From: a virus
Lineage: Duplodnaviria > Caudoviricetes
Length of the DNA: 25,727 nt
IMG/VR virus record: IMGVR_UViG_3300032233_002494
Location: 1-25,727 of that record
Direction: 5' to 3' (one strand)
Shown: positions 8,903 to 17,907 of the stretch, in pieces
Position numbering within the stretch: position 1 is the stretch's first letter
Layout: each line of letters begins with the position of its first letter
Notes under the pieces: model-generated
Database searches by the model: none
Seen by the model: only the letters and a program-made list of their open reading frames with translations
What the model was told of the DNA's origin: nothing
Translations under genes and position numbers: made by a program

Positions 8903-9252
8903 GAGAATGTAATGGTTGTACTGCTTGCTGTACTTGGTTAATTGGTAATGCTTATGGGTGGGAATTTGGAAACGGAAAGACCTGTAAATTTTTGGAATGT
9001 AATGGATGTGGAATTCATAAAGTAAGACCAGAAGTTTGTGAAAAATATTTTTGTGCTTGGTCACAAGAACTTATAGATGAAGAATATCGTCCAGATAAAT
9101 GTGGAGTTTTAGTTTCTGTAGAACAAAATGAAAATGGACAATATCTAAAAATAATTGAAATTGTAAAAGGATCAATAAATAATAATATCGTAGAGTATTT
9201 TGAAAGTTGGAGTCAAAAAATGAATACTCCCATAATATTTGTAAAACAATAA
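8899..9252 (+). CDS. YkgJ-like cysteine-cluster (Zn/Fe-binding) protein
   Basis: CxxCxxCC...CxFL...GCxIHxxRPxxCxxYxC pattern. Confidence 0.8.
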   Translation: MRECNGCTACCTWLIGNAYGWEFGNGKTCKFLECNGCGIHKVRPEVCEKYFCAWSQELIDEEYRPDKCGVLVSVEQNENGQYLKIIEIVKGSINNNIVEYFESWSQKMNTPIIFVKQ

Positions 9253-9261
9253 GTAACAAAA

Positions 9262-10512
9262 ATGCCTAGAAATCAAAGGGAAGAAGTTAATTTTCGATTT
9301 ACTGAAAATAATGTTGAATATTCATTTTCTGATGTTTTTGTTCCTAGTGATATTTTTGTAGAAGGTGATTTATGGGCTTGGGGAAGTAGAGCTTCAGGAT
9401 CACTTGGTAATAATGAGGCATCAACAGTTGGACAAAGAAGTATTCCAATTACTTTACCATTAGTAGCAGGAAAATTGGGAGTTTCTCAATGGTCAACTGT
9501 TTTTGCTGGTAGTGATTATTCGGCAGCAATAAAGACTGATGGATCTTTATGGTTATGGGGAAGCAATTCTGGAAAATTGGGCAATTTTCAAACAAATACT
9601 AGATCTACTCCAATTACTACATTTCTTGGTGGAAATGATTGGTCATCTATTTCCTTAGGAAGAAATCATACGGCAGCAATTAAGACCGATGGAACTTTGT
9701 GGTTATGGGGAAGTTGTAGTTATGGGCAACTGGGCAATTTTGTTGGAGGAATTACCGCATTCCGAAGCACTCCAGTCACTACATTTCTTGGTGGAAATAC
9801 TTGGACATCAGTTTCTTGTGGGGCATTTCATACAGCAGCAGTCAAGGGTGATGGATCTTTATGGACTTGGGGTCGAAATAATAATGGAGAATTAGGGAAT
9901 CATGGAGGCGGGACTGCAGGTGCTAATTCTAGGAGTACTCCAATCACCACACTGAGCACTGGATTAACTTGGTCATCTGTTGCATGTGGATATCAACATA
10001 CAGTAGCAATTAAAACTGATGGATCATTGTGGGCATGGGGATATGCTGCAAATGGAAATTTGGGAAATGCTAATATTCTGCAAAGTAGAAGTACTCCAAT
10101 CACCACACTGAGCACTGGATTAACTTGGGCATCAGTTACTTGTGGATCTAATCACACAGTAGCACTCAAGACTGATGGGACTTTATGGACTTGGGGGAGC
10201 AATAGCAATGGTCAACTTGGGGTTAATAACAGTACAACTAGACAAACTCCAGTCACCACATTACTTGGGGGAACCAATTGGAAAACTCTTGGTAGACTTA
10301 ATTGTGAAACTACATCTTCAGTGGCAATCAAAACGGATGGAACTTTATGGACTTGGGGTGCTGGTGGTGAGGGACAATTGGGAATTAATGCTACTCCTAT
10401 AGGTAGAAGTACACCAGTTACAACAATTACAGGTGGATATTTTTGGAAATCTGCTGCCATCGGTCTTAATCATGGATTAGGTATTCAAGTCGCAACTAAT
10501 GATTTTATTTAA
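9262..10512 (+). CDS. RCC1-type 7-bladed beta-propeller protein (RCC1-C, more divergent)
   Basis: Seven LWxWG...G.LG...RSTP.TT...W...HTxAIKTDG repeats. Confidence 0.9.
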   Translation: MPRNQREEVNFRFTENNVEYSFSDVFVPSDIFVEGDLWAWGSRASGSLGNNEASTVGQRSIPITLPLVAGKLGVSQWSTVFAGSDYSAAIKTDGSLWLWGSNSGKLGNFQTNTRSTPITTFLGGNDWSSISLGRNHTAAIKTDGTLWLWGSCSYGQLGNFVGGITAFRSTPVTTFLGGNTWTSVSCGAFHTAAVKGDGSLWTWGRNNNGELGNHGGGTAGANSRSTPITTLSTGLTWSSVACGYQHTVAIKTDGSLWAWGYAANGNLGNANILQSRSTPITTLSTGLTWASVTCGSNHTVALKTDGTLWTWGSNSNGQLGVNNSTTRQTPVTTLLGGTNWKTLGRLNCETTSSVAIKTDGTLWTWGAGGEGQLGINATPIGRSTPVTTITGGYFWKSAAIGLNHGLGIQVATNDFI

Positions 10513-10524
10513 CTTTTAAAAATT

Positions 10525-11304
10525 ATGAAAACTCTTTATTTTCTTTCTGGTCTTCCCAGAAGTGGATCTACATTACTAGGTTCTATTCTTTCTCAACATC
10601 CAAAACTTCAAGCAACTCCAACATCTCCATTGGCAGATTTACTTTGTTGGATTGATGATGGATTTTCTAAGTTGGATATTCAATACACTTATGATAAGGA
10701 TAATATTCAATATAATACTTATCATTCAATTTTAGAAAACTTTTATAATCATTTAGAAAAACCCTGTATTCTTGACAAACACAGAGGTTGGTGCAAGAAT
10801 GTTTCTTCTATTGAAAAATTTCTTCACCAAAAACCAAAAATTATAGCAACCAATCGTAGAATATCAGAAGTTCTTGCTTCTTATATTATTCTTATGGAAA
10901 AAAATAAAACTGATAACTTTGTAGATGATCATTTAAGAAGAGAGGGAAAGGTGATCACAACAACTAATCGAATTGAATGTCTTTGGAAAAATTATGTATC
11001 TGATTCATATGAAAGTTTAGTTTATGGACTTAAACATTATGGTGAAAATATTCATTTGGTAAATTATAATGATCTTACGCAAAATCCAAAAGAAACAGTT
11101 GAAAAAATTTATAAATTTTTAGAATTAGAGTTTCATCAACACGATTTTTCTAACATTCTAAATACTTGTGCCGAAGATAAGGATCATGCTTGGGGTATTG
11201 AAAATCTTCATAAGATTCGTCCAAAACTTCAAAGAACTTCACCACCTCCAGAGGAAATCATCGGTGAAGAAAATGTAAAACTCTATGATAAATTTAATAT
11301 ATGA
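10525..11304 (+). CDS. Sulfotransferase family protein
   Basis: PAPS-binding 5'-PSB motif GLPRSGSTLL. The later YNDLTQNPKETVEKIYKFL segment is also typical. Confidence 0.85.
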   Translation: MKTLYFLSGLPRSGSTLLGSILSQHPKLQATPTSPLADLLCWIDDGFSKLDIQYTYDKDNIQYNTYHSILENFYNHLEKPCILDKHRGWCKNVSSIEKFLHQKPKIIATNRRISEVLASYIILMEKNKTDNFVDDHLRREGKVITTTNRIECLWKNYVSDSYESLVYGLKHYGENIHLVNYNDLTQNPKETVEKIYKFLELEFHQHDFSNILNTCAEDKDHAWGIENLHKIRPKLQRTSPPPEEIIGEENVKLYDKFNI

Positions 11305-11999
11305 AAAAGATTGAAGTATTTTTAAGACATTGTTATTATTCAAAAATTCAAGAGCAACCAAATAAAGAAAGACCAGATTGGTGGAATAAAGAAAAAGTAT
11401 TTGAAAACTTTAAGAATACTTTAAATGCTGAAACTACTAACTATACCATAATCTATGATGAGCATTATGGTAGGATAGAGGATACATTTCTTTCTTCGGA
11501 AGAAAATGTTCATATTATCAATGCTGGTGGTGAAGCGAAAAGTTTTCTAAGAACCATCGAATATATCTTATCAAAAGATTTTGATGATGAAACAATCATT
11601 TATTTTCTAGAAGATGATTATGTTCATAGACCAAACTGGGATATAATTCTACAAGAAGGATTTGAACTTCCTGTTTCCTATGTAACTCTTTATGATCATA
11701 GAGATAAGTATACTGAAATGTATGCTGATTTGATGAGTAAGATTTTAGTTACAAAAAACTCTCATTGGAAACCAGTTCCTTCAACTACAAATACTTTTGC
11801 TACAAAGTTTAAAACACTAAAGGAAGATAAGAGAATTCATTATCAGTATTCTATGAATACAGAACCTACATTAGATCATCAAAAGTTTTTAGAACTAAAT
11901 CAAAAGGGAAGATACTTAATTTCTTGTCTTCCTGGTTATTCAACTCATTCTGTAAAGGAATGGATTTCACCTTGTATTGATTGGAGTCAGTATCTATGA
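11301..11999 (+). CDS. Putative GT-A glycosyltransferase (GT2-like)
   Basis: IIYFLEDDYVH motif and STTNTFA. Confidence 0.65.
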   Translation: MKKIEVFLRHCYYSKIQEQPNKERPDWWNKEKVFENFKNTLNAETTNYTIIYDEHYGRIEDTFLSSEENVHIINAGGEAKSFLRTIEYILSKDFDDETIIYFLEDDYVHRPNWDIILQEGFELPVSYVTLYDHRDKYTEMYADLMSKILVTKNSHWKPVPSTTNTFATKFKTLKEDKRIHYQYSMNTEPTLDHQKFLELNQKGRYLISCLPGYSTHSVKEWISPCIDWSQYL

Positions 12000-13537
12000 A
12001 TATAACTTTATATGCGATTTGTAAAAATGAAGAAAAGCACATCGAAAAATTTATAGAAAATTCTAAAAATTTTCCTCATACTGTTGTGGTTGACACTGGT
12101 AGTACAGATAATACAGTTCAACTTCTACGCGATGCTGGTATAGAAGTTTATGAGCATCCTCAAATAAAAAAAGAATTTGACTTCTCAGTAGCAAGAAATC
12201 AGGCGCTTTCTTATGTAAAAACTGATTGGGCATTTTCTGTCGATTTTAATGAAGATATTCGGGATGTTTATTTTGAAGGATTGGAAATTATTGAAAATGA
12301 GTTCACAACATTCAAACATTTAAGATATGATGATAATGGAGATGAAAATCCAACACAATCAAATGAAGTTCATGTGAGATTTCATCGTACAAAGAATTAT
12401 AAGTGGGTCAATGCTGTTCATGAAATGCCAGTTTTTGTTTCTACTGAAGAATTTTCTGAAGAAGTTTCTATAGAGACATCTATTAAAATCACTAAAAAAA
12501 TTAATCGGTCAGTTTCAAAAGAACTTTTTTACTTTGATATTTGTGAAAGAGAATATCAGAAAGATCCTAATAACTGGTATTATATTTGGTTTATTTTCAA
12601 TCATTACTTCAATGTTGGAAACTATCAAAAGGCATTTGAGTTTGGACAAAACTACTTGAATGTTTCTAAAGCATATTTTGATACTTTTAGAATCATTGCA
12701 TTTATTAGATGTAGTGTTTGTTTAATGCATCTTCAAGATATGGAGAAATCTGCAAATTATTCTTTTCATGCATTGAGTGAATCTATGAACATGGGAGAAC
12801 CATATCTATCTCAAGCATTTTCATATCTTAATGAGTTATCCAAAAAAATAAACAATCCAAATATTACTGTATTTGCAACTGCTTTTAATTCGGAAACTTT
12901 AAGATTTCCAGAAAGACATGAAGCAATTGATAAATTATTTTTAACTAATCTTTATGATATTCCCTCAACTTGTTGGACAGGTCATCAGGGATTTGCTGAA
13001 TGGTTAGTTCGTCATTTAAAACCAAAGGTGATTGTTGATCTGGGAGTTGACTGGGGATTTTCAACATTTGCATTTGGAATGCCTAGAATTGGACATGTCT
13101 ACGGTGTAGATACTTTTGAGGGGGACAAGTTCACTGGTAAAACTGGGGGGCAAAATTATGATTATGTTATTTCAAAAAGAGAAAAACTTTTTATGAAAGA
13201 CAATGTAACTTTCATACAGGGGTATTTTGATGATATAGCAAAAACCTGGGATAAAAAAATTGACATCTTACATATTGATGGAGACCATTCCTATGATGCA
13301 GTTAAAAATGATTTTGAAACTTGGAGTCAATTTGTGAGTGAAGATGGAGTTATCTTACTTCATGATACTTGTGTTGAGACTATAAATGGAAATGAATATG
13401 GAGTTAAGCAATTCTTTGAAGAAATTGATTTACCAAAATGTACATTTACTCATACTTTTGGACTTGGTGTTATTTCAAAAAATCAAAAGTTAATTGATTT
13501 GATTCAAAATAATTTTGACTTGTCTAAACCTTTATGA
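11996..13537 (+). CDS. GT2 glycosyltransferase + TPR-like region + class I SAM methyltransferase (Methyltransf_24-like) fusion
   Basis: YAICKNEEK, VVDTGSTD and FDFSVARN (GT2); VDLGVDWGFS, LHIDGDHSY and ILLHDT (MTase). Start placed at ATG 11996 because of the ATGA overlap with the upstream stop. Confidence 0.85.
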   Translation: MNITLYAICKNEEKHIEKFIENSKNFPHTVVVDTGSTDNTVQLLRDAGIEVYEHPQIKKEFDFSVARNQALSYVKTDWAFSVDFNEDIRDVYFEGLEIIENEFTTFKHLRYDDNGDENPTQSNEVHVRFHRTKNYKWVNAVHEMPVFVSTEEFSEEVSIETSIKITKKINRSVSKELFYFDICEREYQKDPNNWYYIWFIFNHYFNVGNYQKAFEFGQNYLNVSKAYFDTFRIIAFIRCSVCLMHLQDMEKSANYSFHALSESMNMGEPYLSQAFSYLNELSKKINNPNITVFATAFNSETLRFPERHEAIDKLFLTNLYDIPSTCWTGHQGFAEWLVRHLKPKVIVDLGVDWGFSTFAFGMPRIGHVYGVDTFEGDKFTGKTGGQNYDYVISKREKLFMKDNVTFIQGYFDDIAKTWDKKIDILHIDGDHSYDAVKNDFETWSQFVSEDGVILLHDTCVETINGNEYGVKQFFEEIDLPKCTFTHTFGLGVISKNQKLIDLIQNNFDLSKPL

Positions 13538-14316
13538 AATATATTTTTGAGTATGGTTTATGGGAAAATGATTTTTTTCTTAATGAAATCCTACCAAAAG
13601 GAGAAGTTGAGTACATACGGCAGGAAAATATTGAGAGTGTTGAAAATATTTGTGATGTTTTTGCATTTGCTTGTAGATTTCATAATTTTTTTGACATTAG
13701 AAACACTATACGAAGAATCAAACCAAAAGTAGTCATCATGACTTCTGATGAGTTTTACCAAGAAAATAATTCAATCTATAATGAACTTGGAAATGAATGT
13801 GAATTATTTTTAAGACAATATCATCATTCTGGAAATACTTATACAACAAATACGATTCATATTCCACTTGGTTATACTAATGGTTGTAAAGTTTTTAATA
13901 TACCAAAAAAATTAAAGTGGTCTTGGTTTGGTGAAATTAAAAGTGATAGAATTCAAATGTTAAATCAGTTTCGTCAACTTACATCATATTTGATTGGAAA
14001 TTCTTTACCGAAAGAAGTAATGTGTAAAATTTATTCAGAATCTGTGTTTGTTCCTTGTGGTCGTGGAAACTCATCTTTGGATTGTTATCGTCTTTATGAA
14101 GCATCTATGAATGGTGCAATACCTGTGGTTGTGGGGTCAAAAGAAGAAATTGAATCTACATTCAAATACGAAGAAAATCCTCCTTGGATTTTTGCTGAAA
14201 CTTGGAATGAAGCAGTAGAAAAATGTATGAGCACTGAAATTAATTCTCAAAGTGTGATAGAATGGTGGAATCGACGAATATCTAAAATAAAAACTAAAGT
14301 AAAACAAGTATTATGA
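13534..14316 (+). CDS. Exostosin-like (GT47) glycosyltransferase
   Basis: SVFVPCGRGNSSLDCYRLYEASMNGAIPVV matches the exostosin C-terminal motif. Confidence 0.7.
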   Translation: MKYIFEYGLWENDFFLNEILPKGEVEYIRQENIESVENICDVFAFACRFHNFFDIRNTIRRIKPKVVIMTSDEFYQENNSIYNELGNECELFLRQYHHSGNTYTTNTIHIPLGYTNGCKVFNIPKKLKWSWFGEIKSDRIQMLNQFRQLTSYLIGNSLPKEVMCKIYSESVFVPCGRGNSSLDCYRLYEASMNGAIPVVVGSKEEIESTFKYEENPPWIFAETWNEAVEKCMSTEINSQSVIEWWNRRISKIKTKVKQVL

Positions 14317-14699
14317 AAATTACAATACCCATATCTGTAGGAGAACTCATTGATAAAATTACAATTCTTGAAATAAAATCTTTGTTAGTGAATAACGAAT
14401 ATATAGAAAGAGAATTAAATGAACTTTATAAATTAAGAAGTACAATAACTCAATACATTTTAGATTGTGAAATTAAACTAAAAAAAGTGAATGAAATTCT
14501 GTGGAAAATTGAAGATAAAATCAGACAGAAGGAAAAAAATGAAGAATTTGATGAAGAATTTATTGAATTGGCACGGAGTGTTTATATTAACAATGATAAA
14601 AGATCTGAAATTAAAAAACAAATTAATGAAAGAACTAATTCTGAATACCGCGAGGTGAAATTTTATGAAAAATATGCTATAATGTCTTCAAATTTGTAA
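14313..14699 (+). CDS. DUF6165-like protein
   Basis: ISVGELIDKITILEIK...LWKIEDKIR...FIELARSVY..ND.R..IK..IN. Confidence 0.75.
   Translation: MKITIPISVGELIDKITILEIKSLLVNNEYIERELNELYKLRSTITQYILDCEIKLKKVNEILWKIEDKIRQKEKNEEFDEEFIELARSVYINNDKRSEIKKQINERTNSEYREVKFYEKYAIMSSNL
14675..14683 (+). promoter_or_regulatory. Extended -10 sigma70-type promoter (TGCTATAAT)
   Basis: Perfect TGnTATAAT 21 bp upstream of ATG 14705. The same 10-mer recurs at 17861-17870. Confidence 0.5.
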
Positions 14700-14704
14700 A
14701 AAGT

Positions 14705-15685
14705 ATGAATAACTTTGTCAAACTGGCCCTTGAAAATGGTGGATCTATTCATCCGCTTATAATTCCTGCATCTGAGTTACAAGGACCAGCAATTACAAAC
14801 CCATCTATCTACAATGATAATGGTAGAATTCTTGTAAATCTCAGAAATATTAACTACACTTTATATCATTCTGAGAAGAAAAAGTTTCAGCATCATTGGG
14901 GTCCATTGATCTACATTCATCCCGAGAATGATCTTCGTCTTCGCACATGGAATTATATGTGTGAGATGGATGAGAATATGAGAATCAAACGGTATCACCG
15001 CATTGATACTTCAAAGCATCCAGATAAAGAACTTTGGGAATTTGTTGGACTTGAAGATGCAAGAATTGTTAGATGGAATGGTAAACTTTACACTTGTGGA
15101 GTTAGAAGAGATCTAGATACGATTGGTACAGGAAGAATGGAGTTATGTGAAATTGAAATTACTGAGAATGGTGTAAAAGAAATTAGTCAACATCGTATTC
15201 CAACTCCTGGTGATGATAAATCTTATTGTGAAAAGAATTGGATGCCAATTCTTGATATGCCATATCACTTTGTGAAATGGACTAATGGCACTGAAATTGT
15301 TAAGTATGATATTGAAAAAGGTACTACAGAAACTGCAAAACTTGTTGATTATAAGGAACTTGGTTGCATTGATCTTCGTGGAGGATCTCAAGTTATTCCA
15401 TTTGGGGACGGATATAGATTCTGTTTAAATCACGAAACATTTCTTTTCCGTAGTCCAGTGGACAGAAAAGATGGTAAATATCGCCATAGGTTTGTTGTTT
15501 GGGATAAAGATTGGAATATTGTCAAGGTTTCTCCAAGATTTTCTTTTCTTAAAGCTCAAATTGAATTTGCCGTTGGTATGTGTGAATATGGTGATGATTA
15601 TTTAATCACCTTTGGGTTCCAAGATAATGCTGCTTATCTCCTTAGAGTATCGCAAAAATTTGTTCAAAAATTCATTTTCTCATAA
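14705..15685 (+). CDS. Five-bladed beta-propeller glycosidase/phosphorylase-like protein (GH130/GH43-like)
   Basis: NPSI, GLEDARIV, EKNWMP, LRGGSQ, IEFAVG and ITFGFQD motifs. Confidence 0.7.
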   Translation: MNNFVKLALENGGSIHPLIIPASELQGPAITNPSIYNDNGRILVNLRNINYTLYHSEKKKFQHHWGPLIYIHPENDLRLRTWNYMCEMDENMRIKRYHRIDTSKHPDKELWEFVGLEDARIVRWNGKLYTCGVRRDLDTIGTGRMELCEIEITENGVKEISQHRIPTPGDDKSYCEKNWMPILDMPYHFVKWTNGTEIVKYDIEKGTTETAKLVDYKELGCIDLRGGSQVIPFGDGYRFCLNHETFLFRSPVDRKDGKYRHRFVVWDKDWNIVKVSPRFSFLKAQIEFAVGMCEYGDDYLITFGFQDNAAYLLRVSQKFVQKFIFS

Positions 15686-15687
15686 TC

Positions 15688-16251
15688 ATGGCATCACTTA
15701 CTACACAAAGAATAATTAATGATCTTCATCACTTAAATGATGATATAAAGTCTTATAATACTTTTATTGAATCTGGGACTTTTTGTGGACAAACAATTAT
15801 AAATCTTATTGATTCTTTTCAGATATTACATACAATAGAATTGGGTAAAAATTACTATGATTATTTTAATCAAGTAAAAATTGATCGAAATTATACTAAT
15901 GTTAAAAATCATTTTGGAGATACTGTAAAAGTTCTTCCAGAGATTTTAAAATCTCATGATGAATATGATAACTGCATTTTTTGGTTAGATGGCCATTTTT
16001 CTTCATGGGACACTGCTAAAGGTGAAAAAGATGTTCCTCTTATAGAGGAGTGTTGTTTAATCGATAGATTCTATAGAGCAGAAAAAGGAGTTATATTCAT
16101 AGATGATTTTAGATTATTTGGGACAAATGTAAATGAGGATTGGACAGATATTAGTATAGATAATATTTTAAATTGCTTTAAAAATTTTAAAGTGACTCAT
16201 AATTTTATTAATGATGACATTTTGGTTTTATTTGTTCAGAATAAAATATGA
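15688..16251 (+). CDS. Putative SAM-dependent methyltransferase
   Basis: FIESGTFCG, FWLDGHFS and IFIDDFRLF motifs. Confidence 0.65.
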   Translation: MASLTTQRIINDLHHLNDDIKSYNTFIESGTFCGQTIINLIDSFQILHTIELGKNYYDYFNQVKIDRNYTNVKNHFGDTVKVLPEILKSHDEYDNCIFWLDGHFSSWDTAKGEKDVPLIEECCLIDRFYRAEKGVIFIDDFRLFGTNVNEDWTDISIDNILNCFKNFKVTHNFINDDILVLFVQNKI

Positions 16252-17060
16252 CTTTATCATTAAATTATTTGGGGCATATTGGACAACTTGGAAATCAAAT
16301 GTTCCAATACGCTGCTCTTCGTGGAATATGTGCCCATAAAAATTATAATTATACTCTTCCAAATAATCATGCTGGGAATATATTTTTGTATGATTGCTTT
16401 AAGATATTTGAATTGGAAAAAAAGTTAGATCATTGGTCAAATTTTCCAAGAATATCACCATCTCATCATGGATTTGATGTTCAGTTTTTTAATAATTGCC
16501 CATCAGAATCTGATATATTTGGATATTTTCAAACTGAGAAATATTTTAAACATATTGAGGATGTAATTAGAAGTGAATATACATTTCAAGATCATATTGT
16601 AGATAGTGCAAAAAAATATTTTGATTCTATATGTTTTTCTGGTGAAGTTATTGGATTGCATATAAGAAGAACAGATTATATAAATCATGAATTTATAAGA
16701 AATTTAAATTTAGAGTATTATGAAAAATCTTTAGATTATTTTTCGGATAAAATTGATGTTCTTATATTTTCTGATGATATAGAATGGTGCAAAAATCAAA
16801 AAATATTTTCTAATTCTAGGTTTAAGTTTTCTGAAAATAATAGTAAATATGTTGATCTTTGTCTTTTAAGTATGTGTGATTATCATATTATTGCCAATTC
16901 TACATTTTCTTGGTGGGGATCTTGGTTGGCAAAAAGTAAAGGGACAATATCTCCAAAAGAATGGTACACTGTAGATAAATTAAATAATACAAATGAGTGG
17001 ATGCCATATATAGATTTAAATTCAAAAGATATTTGTCCATCTAACTGGAAGTTAATATGA
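16248..17060 (+). CDS. Glycosyltransferase family 11 (alpha-1,2-fucosyltransferase-like)
   Basis: GQLGNQMFQYA, GYFQTEKYF, HIRRTDY, FSDDIEWCK and IIANSTFSWWG motifs. Confidence 0.92.
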   Translation: MTLSLNYLGHIGQLGNQMFQYAALRGICAHKNYNYTLPNNHAGNIFLYDCFKIFELEKKLDHWSNFPRISPSHHGFDVQFFNNCPSESDIFGYFQTEKYFKHIEDVIRSEYTFQDHIVDSAKKYFDSICFSGEVIGLHIRRTDYINHEFIRNLNLEYYEKSLDYFSDKIDVLIFSDDIEWCKNQKIFSNSRFKFSENNSKYVDLCLLSMCDYHIIANSTFSWWGSWLAKSKGTISPKEWYTVDKLNNTNEWMPYIDLNSKDICPSNWKLI

Positions 17061-17869
17061 GTATTTCGCTAATCTGTGCCTGCAAAAATAGAATTAAACC
17101 TCTTTTAATTTCATTACAATCTTGGTTATTGTGTGATGAAATTAAAGAAATTGTCATTGTCGATTGGAGTTCTGATGAACCAATTAAAGATATTACCAAT
17201 TTGGATTCTAGAATTAAAAGAGTCAGAGTTAATGATCAACGATTTTTTAATCAACCACAACCATTAAATCTGGCATTAAAACTTTGCACTCAAGAAGATG
17301 TAATAAAGGTAGATTCTGATTATGTTTTTAATCCATACTGGAATTTTTTTGAATCTTATTTTGTTGATGAGACTTCTTTTGTTTGTGGGGATGTTGATCT
17401 TGAACCAAATAATGTCTCTGTTGAACCGTATTTTAAATATTTGAGGGGAACTCTCTATGTTAAAAGAAAATTTTTAGAAGAAGTTGGTGGATGGAATGAA
17501 AATATGGGAGAATATTATGGTGGTGAAGATGGAGAAATGGAAAATAGATTAGAATTATATGGATTAACTAAGAAAAAATTAAACTTAGATTATTCAGTTA
17601 TGCATATCCCACATTCAAATAAGGAAAGAGTTTTGAATTTTAGGGGGTATGTTTGTAATACTGATTTAAATGAATCAATCAGACAAAATTTATCTTATAA
17701 TTTGAGTGGAAATGAATTGGAATGGAATGTTGAATATATCTTAGCTGAGAGACATATTAATACTAATATACAATCATTTTATAATTCTACTTCTTATTAT
17801 GTTGAACCAAAAACAAAATGGAATATAATTCAATTGGATGATCAAAATTATGTTGCAGAGATGCTATAA
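17057..17869 (+). CDS. GT2/GT7C-like glycosyltransferase (galactosyltransferase-like)
   Basis: IVIVDWSS, KVDSDY and VGGWNE.M..YGGED motifs. Confidence 0.8.
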   Translation: MSISLICACKNRIKPLLISLQSWLLCDEIKEIVIVDWSSDEPIKDITNLDSRIKRVRVNDQRFFNQPQPLNLALKLCTQEDVIKVDSDYVFNPYWNFFESYFVDETSFVCGDVDLEPNNVSVEPYFKYLRGTLYVKRKFLEEVGGWNENMGEYYGGEDGEMENRLELYGLTKKKLNLDYSVMHIPHSNKERVLNFRGYVCNTDLNESIRQNLSYNLSGNELEWNVEYILAERHINTNIQSFYNSTSYYVEPKTKWNIIQLDDQNYVAEML

Positions 17870-17870
17870 T
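17862..17870 (+). promoter_or_regulatory. Extended -10 sigma70-type promoter (TGCTATAAT)
   Basis: Perfect TGnTATAAT overlapping the stop codon, followed by a GGAG RBS and ATG 17908. Confidence 0.55.
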
Positions 17871-17907
17871 AGTAATAATAGATAATTTTTTAACTGGAGA
17901 TAAAAAT

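Noticed and set aside
9249-9255. ATAAGTA as a late promoter variant before RCC1-C
   Set aside because: It mismatches the consensus, lies only 6 bp from the ATG and is in AT-rich sequence; too weak to call.
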